Source: a virus
Lineage: Duplodnaviria; Caudoviricetes
Strand: one strand, 5' to 3'
DNA: 49,022 bases
IMG/VR virus record: IMGVR_UViG_3300037195_000203
Coordinates: 1 to 49,022 of that record
Shown: piece by piece, positions 1 through 9,877 of the stretch
How positions within the stretch are numbered: position 1 is the first letter of the stretch
Layout of the letters: each line of letters begins with the position of its first letter
Program-made: the position numbers and the translations under genes
Notes under the pieces: generated by a model
The model's database searches: none
What the model was told of the DNA's origin: nothing
The model's input: only the letters and a program-made list of their open reading frames with translations

Positions 1-77
1 CATGAGAAAACTCTTGAGACTCTAAGTATAGAAGCTAGTAAGAGTACAGATCCAGAACAAACTAAGGAACTATACCA
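1..77. repeat. End overlap identical to 48944..49020 (circular assembly overlap)
   Basis: Exact 77-bp match; it falls in the middle of a gene. Confidence 0.95.
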
Positions 78-1773
78 GAAGGCACAAGACTTATTTAACT
101 TTACAAACAAACCAGCAGGTGCATCAGATGCAGCAGCTAGGGAATCTTTGTTAGGTGTAATTAATAAGGGTTTAATTGATGGTAACGTAGGTGGCTTTAA
201 CGCAGCTACGGACTTCGGTTTTTTAGATAACCTTTCTTTAGCAGAACAAAAGACACACAACTTTGCACAGCGTCAATATCAAACTGGGTTTGATCAAGAT
301 ATAGGTAGTAACCTTGCTCGTATAGAGTTGAATGCTTTAGATGCCACTTCACCTGAAGCCGTTGATGCAGTTATAGATCAAGCGGAACAAGAGATTCGTC
401 AAATAGGTGCTACAAGAGCATTACCTACAGAACGTTCTGAAGAGATCATTAATAAAGCATTACTTAAGTTAGAGAAGATTAGGCGAGCTGGTATACCTAA
501 AGCGATTGCTACATCATTAAAAGAAGAACAACTTAATGTTGCTAAGACAGGTTTATTAAATGAAGATGCTGGTATACGCGCTGGTACAGTAGCTACTGTA
601 CATAGTAATAAAATATTAGGTCAAGCACATGATTCTAATATACTTGATAAGATCAGAGAAGCTAGTAACGCAACTGATGATATACCTGATGACCAATTAT
701 ATATGAGTATGGTCAAACAAGGTGGTGCGTTTAAACTTAAACCAGCAGCAGATTACTATAAGTCCAGACAACCTAAGCCTGATCAATTCATTCAGAATAC
801 GAAGAGTTTAATACACGCTTTATCTACAGGTAGTTTTGAAGGTAAAGATGGACGTTACAATGAAGATGGTCTGAATGCCATATCAATGATAAATCAGTTT
901 GACGGTGTAAAGTTACAGAATGATTTAGGTGAGTCTTACAATACACTTGAGCTAATCCGTTTAGGTATACAATCAGGTGATACAACCCAAAACATAATGA
1001 AGAGTATCGAAGATTATAAAAACTTTGATGGTCAGGTTAAGGGTATATGGGGTGGTGCAGAGACACGACAAGATCATATAAAGTACCGTATAAGTTTAGC
1101 TAAGACACCACAAGGTGGTACGTTAATACCAAACCCTACACCAGCAATGTTGACACAAGCTACTAGCAATTACAAAAAGTGGATGAAGATCTATGATAAT
1201 GATGAAACGGCAGCTAATGCTAGATTAAGTAATTGGTTAGCAGGTAACACATCTACTGTACGTGGACAGGTTATTACAGGCAAGAATTGGGGCATAAAGT
1301 TTGGTTATCCTTTAGATACATTACTCAACGCAATGGATAGAACACAGCGTTACACAGCGACAGGTTCTCCTGTTTCTTATATGTCTACCCAATTAGCACC
1401 TTTAGTAGGTAAGCAAGGTGAACCTGTACCTAGTACGGAGTACATGAAACATCTACGTTTTGAAACATCTCCTGATGGTGAGTCTATCCTAATGAGTACA
1501 GCTAATGGTTTACAGGTTGAGCATATAACTAAAGATGAATTACAAATAGAAGCTAACTACTTAAATCAACAAAAGAATATGGATGACGTATTAACCGTAG
1601 AACAGAAAGTACAAGCACATGGTCAACATCAAGGTCAAGGTATAATAACCGACTGGAAAACCCTGTTTGGTAAATCTGAAGATAAAAACGTACAAACACA
1701 TAGTCAACGCCCCGGTATAATAACTAACTGGAAAACACAGTTTGGCGGAGCTGAAGATAAAGAGGATAAATAA
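1..1773 (+). CDS. Internal virion (ejection) protein B, T7 gp15-like position; 3' part of a gene split by the contig ends
   Basis: Frame 1 is open from base 1 to TAA at 1771-1773 and is in frame with the ORF starting ATG 48335 across the 77-bp end overlap (joined length ~793 aa). It lies between internal virion protein A and the giant virion protein. Confidence 0.75.
   Translation, partial: HEKTLETLSIEASKSTDPEQTKELYQKAQDLFNFTNKPAGASDAAARESLLGVINKGLIDGNVGGFNAATDFGFLDNLSLAEQKTHNFAQRQYQTGFDQDIGSNLARIELNALDATSPEAVDAVIDQAEQEIRQIGATRALPTERSEEIINKALLKLEKIRRAGIPKAIATSLKEEQLNVAKTGLLNEDAGIRAGTVATVHSNKILGQAHDSNILDKIREASNATDDIPDDQLYMSMVKQGGAFKLKPAADYYKSRQPKPDQFIQNTKSLIHALSTGSFEGKDGRYNEDGLNAISMINQFDGVKLQNDLGESYNTLELIRLGIQSGDTTQNIMKSIEDYKNFDGQVKGIWGGAETRQDHIKYRISLAKTPQGGTLIPNPTPAMLTQATSNYKKWMKIYDNDETAANARLSNWLAGNTSTVRGQVITGKNWGIKFGYPLDTLLNAMDRTQRYTATGSPVSYMSTQLAPLVGKQGEPVPSTEYMKHLRFETSPDGESILMSTANGLQVEHITKDELQIEANYLNQQKNMDDVLTVEQKVQAHGQHQGQGIITDWKTLFGKSEDKNVQTHSQRPGIITNWKTQFGGAEDKEDK
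1609..1761 (+). repeat. Imperfect tandem duplication at the C-terminus of internal virion protein B
   Basis: VQAHGQHQGQGIITDWKTLFGKSEDK (1609-1686) vs VQTHSQRPGIITNWKTQFGGAEDK (1690-1761); also visible at DNA level. Confidence 0.85.
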
Positions 1774-4700
1774 TGTTAGAAGAAGACAACGTACAGAATA
1801 AAGTTGCAGAGTCTTCTAAGATACTAAAAGAAGCTGGCTTTACACAGGCACAAATAGAAGAACGTGCTGCCCAGATGGGCTTAAATAATGCAGTTACACA
1901 AAACTTAGTCAGCAGCTATAAGCCTCTCCCAACAGGGAGGGGTTCTAGTAACTTAGATGTAAAACAACCACTCAAGCTAGATCGTTGGGTAGATGGTGAT
2001 ACAGCAGTATTATCAGATAGTAGTCGTATCCGCTTACAAAGTGTTGATACAGCAGAGATGGATACACCAGAGGGTAAGGCAGCACATCAGTATACGAAAA
2101 CTATTGCTCCTACTACTGGTGATTATCAAGTAGAGAAAGAAGGTTTCGGCTTGTATGGTCGAGAGATTGGACAAGTAACAAGGGTTATTAATGATACACC
2201 AATAGACTTACATCTTGTACAGATGGAAGCAAACTATACTAAGTATCACACAGCTTACGGAGCTAACCCAGATAGTACATTAGATGATAGATACAATGCT
2301 TACTTCAGTAGGTATGCTCCTATGCAATGGGGAGAATCTTTTGAGCCACTACCTAAAGACGAAATACAGTTAATGCACCAAAACAAGATTCGTTTAGCAC
2401 AGGCTGTAGAAGGTTTCCAAGAAGGAGATGTATCTCAAGAAGAAGTAGACCAAGCACTTTATGAAGTGTTTAAAGATCCTAACAAAGTAGTACGTTACAG
2501 AAAGACCTTAGATAACTTTGAGCAAGATGTAAAAGACGATGACTCATCAGTAAAAGGTTTATTCAGACGTGCAGCAAGAGATCCTGAATACAGAGAAGCC
2601 TACAATAAAGCTATGGCTGGTACACCAGCTAAGTTTGTAGTAAAGAAACAATTACATCATAACTTCTATAAGAAGTGGGATATGGCGTACAAAGAGTATG
2701 ATGCAATTACTCATATTGGTAATGTATTAGAATTACAAAAAGCTAGAGACATTGGACATAACCCAGAGATCTCTGACAATGAATTAATATCCGGCGCACC
2801 GGATCGTTACCATGAACAAATAATAGCAGAAGCTAGACTCAATGGTACACACTCTGCATCTGTATTAAGAGATCATATAGTAGAGAATCATGAACGTGGT
2901 CTATTCTTAGATGACTTACCTTGGTGGGAACAGTTCGCATTTAGTACGGGTACAGCTCTCTTACAACCACAAACCTATGTGACATTGCCTCTAGGTTTGG
3001 CAGCAGGTAGTGCAACAGCTACAGTAGCTATGTTCGCTAAGTTTGCCCCTTTACGATCAAGTGCAGCAATCATGGGTATATGGGGAGCTACAGCAGGTAT
3101 AGAGGAAACCATTTATGGTCTACCTCGTTTAGCTGGCGATCCAACCTACGATAGTAGACATCTTGCGTTAGATGGTGTGATGGGTATTGGTGCAGGTACT
3201 ACTATATCTGGTTTAGTTATAGGTGGTAAGTATGTAGGTGAGAAAGCTTTTAAGAATCAGATAAAGAAAGCGCAACATAAGAAGATGCTACAAGAAGCGC
3301 GTAAAAAGAATGTAGCAGAATTAGATAATCGCAGAGCAAGAGAGATAAGCGATTTAGTTAAAGAGAATACTGATGGTGATGATTCTTCTGGAGGAACTTT
3401 TACAAGAACAAGTACAACTACTGACGCAGATACAGCAACACAAGTTGCAGAGATCATAGCAGAAGATGTAACAGCTACAGCAATAGTTCGTACAATTGAT
3501 TTAGAACCAGAACTAACAGAAGATATATTAATAGCTCAGATAGATGCTGGTGAAAGAGAGTTCGTACAATCTGTCACAGAAGAAGGTGACGTTTACACAG
3601 CTCATTGGAAGAAGCGCCCAAAAGCGTTAGAAGGTGTAGCCTCTAAGACACCTGCTAAGAAACCTACTGACGTCGTATCGTTAGATACAATTAATAAAGT
3701 TAGTAAAGATCTTATGCAACCTATTGTCTATACAATGAGGAACATATTCCCAAATGGTACACCCGCACAACATCTTTTATCTACTATAGAGATAGTTAAT
3801 AGAGCAGCTCATGCTGATCAGATGGAAGCAGTAGAGAAGTTAAACGCTACTGTAGTCAGGGTATTATCAAAGTTCCCTGATGGTAAAGTGCCAGCAAGTG
3901 TAGCAACAGACCTACAACGATTAGCATATAACCAAACATCTCATTCAGCTAAACATGTGTTAGCTAACATTTTAGAAGATAAGTCAGCTAACCCAACTAA
4001 AGATCTTAAGGCTTTGATAAAGAGTATTAAGGATCAAGAACATCTTTGGGAAGGTTACGACCCTATACCTTTATCAAGAGAAGAGTTTTATAAAGCTCAT
4101 TCAGATATGATCTCAAGAGATCAACAATTCTTAGAAGACTCAACAGTTAATACTCTAACAGAAAGTATACCAGTAGAGTTATCACAACTAAGAGATATTA
4201 TGGCTCTTAACGAGAAAGCTCGTATACTAGATGCTAAGAATGAATCTCAACAAGCCGGTACATACCTTGACGTAGAAAGAGGTATATACAAAAAGGATAA
4301 GGATGGTAAACGTTTAGGTGATACATATCAACCAGTAGATAAACCAGTATTTATACATCGTACACCAGAACCACTAAAAGCTACACCTGTACAGCTCCTT
4401 AAGATACCACCACCACCTAAACGTAAGAAAGCGCGTTTAACAAAGAAAGGTGGACAAGGTGCTAAGAATGCTAAACAGAAGCAGTACGATAAAGAGTACG
4501 AGGCTGCACAGCTACGTTACGATAATACAGTTAAATCTATAGAATTAGCTAATGTCAAAAGACGTGAAAAGCATACAGAAGATCTGCCTAAATCTGAATT
4601 TACTAAGTTAGTAGAAGAATTAAATGGTCTGATGGATACTCGTATACAACAGTATACAACGCAAAGTGATGTACCTAGAGGTTCAAAAGGTTATGATGAT

Positions 4701-7700
4701 ACACCTACTAAACAAATACCTAAACATACAGATACACAGAAGAAACATAGAGAGCAACAGCAGATACTTCCTGATGAAGCTAGAGCTAAACTCTTTAAAG
4801 AGGCTGAGACTGTAGAAGGTTTAGTTAAACTTGTTAAGAAGTATAAGAAGACTGAAGCTGGTAATAAACGAGCAGCACAGCTTAAAGCTAAAGGTTGGAA
4901 GCAAGTTAATATTGTTCGTCAACTTAAGAAAGAAGGTTTAGTAGAACTAACTGAAACTAAAGAGTTAACGAAAGCTGGTAAGACTCGTCTAAAAGCTATC
5001 ATGAAAAAGGGTACTAAAGTATCTGAACAAGTACAACAGGAAGTACCTCGTATACAGCGTACAGAGACATCTCTACACGAAGGAACTAAGCATAGTTCTG
5101 AAGGTGTACAAGAGAAAGCTGGTGAAGGCTCTCTTGAAGAGAAAGATCTTGAGCATATACAGGAGTACGATGATACGGAAGTAGAATTATATGGTGACGC
5201 TACTGGGTTTATTAAAGACCCTGACGAGACTATGTTTAAAGATCCTAACGTAGAGATTAAGGAAGATGATGTATCTAGTGGTTTAATACCTAAATCTATG
5301 ACGGTTACTACTACAACAAATATACGTGATACTCAGAAGCTTACTGGAGAAGTACCTACTAAAGATATAGAGCATCTTAATGATCGTCTTATGTCTGACA
5401 TAGAGAAAGACTTATTAGATAAGTATGAGACTAAAGTAGATACCTATGCTGAAAATGTTGGTATGGATAAGATACGTAAAGTTTGGAAGAAAGATCCTAA
5501 GAGAACACAAGAAGTTCATCAACGTATGATCAACTCTCGTTCTATGGATACGGTTGTCGCTGTAGTTAGAGTGTCAGAGACTATCGCTAATGAAGCTAAA
5601 CAAGTATCAAGTAAGCCTGTAGTTAAATCCAAGCTACACTCTGATGATCTTAGCACCGAACAAGTTGAGATGTTAAACTCCTTGACCAAACAGGAACATG
5701 ATCAATTATTCAATGACGCTGGTTCGTTAGATATTGAACAACTACAGACGCTTATACAAAAGGCAGAACATGCAGAACGTTTACATGGGCCATTTAAAGA
5801 GCATGTAGAACCAGTAGTTAAAGAGCATATAGAGGCTGTACAAAAGGTAACTAAACGTTTACCTAAACCAGAAGATCCAGTAGTAACACCAGGAGGTAAG
5901 CCTAATACGTTAGTCGACCTTACTGTACCAGAAGGTAAATTAGCCAAACAAGCTGATCAACTCTATGAAGACATCAGTGTACTAGAGTTACATTTAGAGT
6001 ATAGAGATGATCTTGCTACTACCGCTGCACAATACGGTTGGGATGCAGATGTTTATACACAGACTGTAATAGATAGTTTAGATAGAGCGCGAGCTACATT
6101 AAAGACTATTGAAACACATCTACGCAGAGATCCTACTATACCTACTGTACATCCAGAAGCTAAGCATAAGCTCGGTACAGCCATACAAACACAACGTAAA
6201 ATTAATACACCTAAAGATAAGATAGATGTATTAGATGAAAATAATCGTTGGGTTAACAGGGCTGCACCACCAGAGACTCCTGAGACAGTTTGGGAAGAAG
6301 TGTTAAGACGTAGAGCTACAGAAGCTAGAATGAATTTTATTGGCCCACATTTAGAGCCAGTAATACCTAAAATAGCTGACACTACAGCTAGTCCTGTAGA
6401 AGTACCTGTAACCTCACCACCTCCAACAAGTAATCCGTTAGAGCGTCCTGTCACTGAGCAAGAGATAGAAAGCTTACATCACGAACCTGCATCACTTACC
6501 CCAGAACAACGGGTAGATATAGGTGTACGTGAATCAGCCGCAATGACTAAGATGAAGGAGAATTCTGTAGGTGCTATTATTAGTGCCACTACGAAATGGC
6601 TATCCTCTGGAGAATCAGCAGAACTAGCTAACGCCTTAGATCATGATGGTATGTCTGAATACATAGGCAACCTAGCTGGTAGTATTACACAAGATCTAAC
6701 TACTGTATTACAAAATGCTCCTTTAGAGACATTACGTATGTTTGGTGCATTAGTGCCAGAATCAGCAGCAGGGTTTGGTGGTAAAGTTCAACGTAAGGCT
6801 TCAGGTGCTATCATTAAAGATGCTAAGTATCGTGAGTCATTGACACAGATTATGCCTGATTACGTACAACTCATGGATGATTTCTGTAAAGAGAAGGGTT
6901 ATAACTTTGTTCGTAGAGCCTTCGCTCAACAACAAGCTGGTATGGATAATGAAGCTGTTGATATGTTCAACAAACAAGTATTCAAAATTCAAGAGTTACG
7001 TAAGCAAGGTTTAGAGCTAACACCAGATATTAGTCCTTCCGTAATAGAGTTTGTTAAACGTTGGGATAACTATACGGGTTATAGCCATAAAATTCTTGTA
7101 GAAGCTGACGCAGGTGGATTTACAGCTAAACGTAAAGTTAAGCACTACATACCTCACGTATGGAAATTAAATAACCTACATGGTGCAGTTAGTAAACATG
7201 GTGAAGACTTAGTAGAGAAAGTCTTAGCTAAAGGTTACAGAGAGTCATCTAACAGATCTACACCTTTGTCCGTAAAAGATTCAATAGCTATGGCTAAAGA
7301 GCAAATAGCTTGGATCAGGAAGCAAGAGAGTGAGCCAGATGATCAATACGCACCTCCATCAGATAGTAGAGCGAGAGAGCGTAAAGAGATTAATACTTTA
7401 GCCGAGATAGATGGTTTATCTGTATTAGATCTACTTGATACAGAAGTTGCAGGTATAGCAACTAAATATTCTCATCGAGTAGGTGGTTGGATTGGTTTGG
7501 CAGAGTCTACTAATGGTTTAATCAAAAATGATGTAGATATACAGTCATGGAGAGCAATCATACAAGCTGAAGGTCAGAGCCAGGGTTTACCAACTAAGGA
7601 GTTAGATAACTACCTTCAATGGTATGATGATACTATCGAAATGATGATGGGTAGACCAACAAGAGACGGCCTAGATGAACGCCTTAGAGATTTTAAAGAT

Positions 7701-8909
7701 GCCTCGGCATTGACTCGAATGGGTGGTTTAGGTATGGCACAGCTCATTGAGACTGGTCAGGTGATCACTCGTGCAACCATTAATCTGTTCTCTGATTTCG
7801 ATACTGTAAAAGCTATTTTCAATACAGCCGGTATAGATCTACTAAGTGTAAATGATAGTAAGAATCCCTTAATGAAAGAGATACAATCTATTAGTAGTTT
7901 GTCTAATGATGTAGAGTGGTTAGATAGACAGTCAGTACATTTGGATCAACATGAAGTAGACAAATCCAAACCTATGAGAGCATTCTCATTACTGTTAGCT
8001 GATAAGGCTACGTTTGGTTCGTTGAAAGCGCCAGCTAGTAGACTACTAGGTAAGACTACAGGATATAACATGATTCGTCGTGCCCAGTCTCGCATAGTAC
8101 AAACAAGCTTTATGCATGATGTCGCCAATCATTTCTTGAGTGGTACAGGTAAGATGGGTAATAAACGCCTAGCTGATCTCGGTGTAACAGATGTAGATGG
8201 TATTAATGATGCTATGAAAGATCAGTTCATCAAGTATGCTGAAATGGACGAGAATGGAGTACTCACTAAACTTAATATAGAGAAGTGGGATAAGCCAGTC
8301 AGAGATCAATTACAGTATGCAATGATTCGTGATGAAGCTCAGATGATCCAACGTACCTTAGTAGGCGAAGCACCTCCTTGGCATAACAAACCTATGTTAG
8401 CTTTAATAGCTCAATTTAGAGAGATGATGATTGTTTCTCAAAATAAGCAGCTAGCAAGGTCTATGAAGTTTGCTGATAAGGAAGCTGTAACAGCAACTTT
8501 GTTAAACACAGCTATGGCAGGTCTAGTACGTTACGCTAAGTTCGCAGGTCTAGCAGCAGGTACAGCAGCTATCACAGGACAGGAGATTGAAACACCTACA
8601 GGTGAACAGATGCAACTACATAAGTATATCTTGCAATTAGGTATATTTGGTGATGCATACGATCTAGTCTTAGGAGGACATAACATAGTAGAGGAAGGTG
8701 TGTATGATCACACTACAGTAGATAGAGCTTTATCAGAAGTTCCTGTCTATGGTCTAGCTAAAGACTACGTTAACGTAGGACTAGGTTGGGATGATGGACG
8801 ACTACAAGCTACCAAAGGTATAGTACCTCTTGGTAACACAGCTTATGGAGATCACTTTTTCACAGGTATCAATGAGATCATTGAAAACCTTAAACACAGA
8901 CAGGAGTAA
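1773..8909 (+). CDS. Giant internal virion/ejection protein (gp16-like position) with N-terminal staphylococcal nuclease (SNase) domain
   Basis: 2378 aa, last internal virion gene before the tail fibre. N-terminal motifs VDGDT, RIRLQSVDTAE and LYGR match SNase. The C-terminal ~750 aa (e.g. HYIPHVW, LTRMGGLGMAQLIE) resemble SP6/phiKMV-type internal core proteins. Confidence 0.8.
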   Translation: MLEEDNVQNKVAESSKILKEAGFTQAQIEERAAQMGLNNAVTQNLVSSYKPLPTGRGSSNLDVKQPLKLDRWVDGDTAVLSDSSRIRLQSVDTAEMDTPEGKAAHQYTKTIAPTTGDYQVEKEGFGLYGREIGQVTRVINDTPIDLHLVQMEANYTKYHTAYGANPDSTLDDRYNAYFSRYAPMQWGESFEPLPKDEIQLMHQNKIRLAQAVEGFQEGDVSQEEVDQALYEVFKDPNKVVRYRKTLDNFEQDVKDDDSSVKGLFRRAARDPEYREAYNKAMAGTPAKFVVKKQLHHNFYKKWDMAYKEYDAITHIGNVLELQKARDIGHNPEISDNELISGAPDRYHEQIIAEARLNGTHSASVLRDHIVENHERGLFLDDLPWWEQFAFSTGTALLQPQTYVTLPLGLAAGSATATVAMFAKFAPLRSSAAIMGIWGATAGIEETIYGLPRLAGDPTYDSRHLALDGVMGIGAGTTISGLVIGGKYVGEKAFKNQIKKAQHKKMLQEARKKNVAELDNRRAREISDLVKENTDGDDSSGGTFTRTSTTTDADTATQVAEIIAEDVTATAIVRTIDLEPELTEDILIAQIDAGEREFVQSVTEEGDVYTAHWKKRPKALEGVASKTPAKKPTDVVSLDTINKVSKDLMQPIVYTMRNIFPNGTPAQHLLSTIEIVNRAAHADQMEAVEKLNATVVRVLSKFPDGKVPASVATDLQRLAYNQTSHSAKHVLANILEDKSANPTKDLKALIKSIKDQEHLWEGYDPIPLSREEFYKAHSDMISRDQQFLEDSTVNTLTESIPVELSQLRDIMALNEKARILDAKNESQQAGTYLDVERGIYKKDKDGKRLGDTYQPVDKPVFIHRTPEPLKATPVQLLKIPPPPKRKKARLTKKGGQGAKNAKQKQYDKEYEAAQLRYDNTVKSIELANVKRREKHTEDLPKSEFTKLVEELNGLMDTRIQQYTTQSDVPRGSKGYDDTPTKQIPKHTDTQKKHREQQQILPDEARAKLFKEAETVEGLVKLVKKYKKTEAGNKRAAQLKAKGWKQVNIVRQLKKEGLVELTETKELTKAGKTRLKAIMKKGTKVSEQVQQEVPRIQRTETSLHEGTKHSSEGVQEKAGEGSLEEKDLEHIQEYDDTEVELYGDATGFIKDPDETMFKDPNVEIKEDDVSSGLIPKSMTVTTTTNIRDTQKLTGEVPTKDIEHLNDRLMSDIEKDLLDKYETKVDTYAENVGMDKIRKVWKKDPKRTQEVHQRMINSRSMDTVVAVVRVSETIANEAKQVSSKPVVKSKLHSDDLSTEQVEMLNSLTKQEHDQLFNDAGSLDIEQLQTLIQKAEHAERLHGPFKEHVEPVVKEHIEAVQKVTKRLPKPEDPVVTPGGKPNTLVDLTVPEGKLAKQADQLYEDISVLELHLEYRDDLATTAAQYGWDADVYTQTVIDSLDRARATLKTIETHLRRDPTIPTVHPEAKHKLGTAIQTQRKINTPKDKIDVLDENNRWVNRAAPPETPETVWEEVLRRRATEARMNFIGPHLEPVIPKIADTTASPVEVPVTSPPPTSNPLERPVTEQEIESLHHEPASLTPEQRVDIGVRESAAMTKMKENSVGAIISATTKWLSSGESAELANALDHDGMSEYIGNLAGSITQDLTTVLQNAPLETLRMFGALVPESAAGFGGKVQRKASGAIIKDAKYRESLTQIMPDYVQLMDDFCKEKGYNFVRRAFAQQQAGMDNEAVDMFNKQVFKIQELRKQGLELTPDISPSVIEFVKRWDNYTGYSHKILVEADAGGFTAKRKVKHYIPHVWKLNNLHGAVSKHGEDLVEKVLAKGYRESSNRSTPLSVKDSIAMAKEQIAWIRKQESEPDDQYAPPSDSRARERKEINTLAEIDGLSVLDLLDTEVAGIATKYSHRVGGWIGLAESTNGLIKNDVDIQSWRAIIQAEGQSQGLPTKELDNYLQWYDDTIEMMMGRPTRDGLDERLRDFKDASALTRMGGLGMAQLIETGQVITRATINLFSDFDTVKAIFNTAGIDLLSVNDSKNPLMKEIQSISSLSNDVEWLDRQSVHLDQHEVDKSKPMRAFSLLLADKATFGSLKAPASRLLGKTTGYNMIRRAQSRIVQTSFMHDVANHFLSGTGKMGNKRLADLGVTDVDGINDAMKDQFIKYAEMDENGVLTKLNIEKWDKPVRDQLQYAMIRDEAQMIQRTLVGEAPPWHNKPMLALIAQFREMMIVSQNKQLARSMKFADKEAVTATLLNTAMAGLVRYAKFAGLAAGTAAITGQEIETPTGEQMQLHKYILQLGIFGDAYDLVLGGHNIVEEGVYDHTTVDRALSEVPVYGLAKDYVNVGLGWDDGRLQATKGIVPLGNTAYGDHFFTGINEIIENLKHRQE

Positions 8910-8911
8910 AT

Positions 8912-9865
8912 ATGGCTAGGAGTATAAAAACTCATGTTAGCGCTGGTACTGCTGTACTCTATCCAATTGACTTTAACATGGACTTCATTCAGAGAGATTT
9001 CGTATACGTGTATACGGGATCTCATGATAACTACATAGATCAGTTAAGTTATACGTGGATAGATGATACACAGATACAACTATCTGCACCAGAGGTATTT
9101 GGTACAGAGATACATATACGTAGGGTAATACCTCGTGACGCACAAATAAACAATTATACAGATAACGCTATATTGCATGAACGTAACTTAGATACCTCTT
9201 ATGCACAAGCCCTTATGATCTTAGAAGAGATCGCAGATGGTTTCTTGTCCGCAGAAGATGCATTCACAATGTTATCAGATATAGATATGCAAGGTTATCT
9301 AATACATAACGTAGGTGATGGTGTAGTAGCTACTGATGCAATTAATTTACTACAAGCACAAACCTTAGTAGCACAGGTATTTCAAGGAGAGCATACAGAA
9401 ATAGCCGCAGCAGGTTCTTACGTTACAGATGGTGTAACTACCTACTGGCAAACCGCAGCTACGGAATATACTTCTGAATCTGTATTTAGAGTTACTTTAG
9501 GAGGTTTATTACAAGAACCTGTTACAGATTATACAATAGATACCAGTGGTCGTTTGAGCTTTACAGCCGGAATACAACCCGCAGGATCAAGGTTAAGCAT
9601 ATTCTGGTTTAAACCTGTAGTAGTACAACCTGGGAACGGTACAGGGTTCGTGTCGGTTGCTATGACTACCGGTACTTCTATAAGTACAATAGTTACTAGC
9701 GTACCTACAGGTGGTTCTGTATTAGTAGATGATCAAATCATAACATTGAATGGAGTAGTACAAGAACCTACATTAGATTTTACTATAGCTTCTGGTATTA
9801 TCACCATACCTAACATACCCGCAAGTACTCGGGTCGTAATACGCTCAGTGAAAATAACCTCATAA
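8912..9865 (+). CDS. Tail fibre adaptor (T7 gp17 N-terminal domain) with two repeated C-terminal modules
   Basis: FNMDFIQRDFVYV...IRRVIP...NLDTSYAQALMILEE matches the gp17 N-terminal pattern; repeats VTLGGLLQEPVTDYTI and ITLNGVVQEPTLDFTI. Confidence 0.85.
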   Translation: MARSIKTHVSAGTAVLYPIDFNMDFIQRDFVYVYTGSHDNYIDQLSYTWIDDTQIQLSAPEVFGTEIHIRRVIPRDAQINNYTDNAILHERNLDTSYAQALMILEEIADGFLSAEDAFTMLSDIDMQGYLIHNVGDGVVATDAINLLQAQTLVAQVFQGEHTEIAAAGSYVTDGVTTYWQTAATEYTSESVFRVTLGGLLQEPVTDYTIDTSGRLSFTAGIQPAGSRLSIFWFKPVVVQPGNGTGFVSVAMTTGTSISTIVTSVPTGGSVLVDDQIITLNGVVQEPTLDFTIASGIITIPNIPASTRVVIRSVKITS

Positions 9866-9877
9866 AAGGATAAAATA

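Noticed and set aside
4405-4450. PPPPKRKKAR resembling a eukaryotic nuclear localisation signal
   Set aside because: Bacteriophage context; expected by chance in a Lys/Pro-rich region.
1773-8909. Giant protein as an N4-like virion RNA polymerase
   Set aside because: No polymerase motifs A, B or C were recognisable; position and C-terminal region fit a gp16-like ejection protein.
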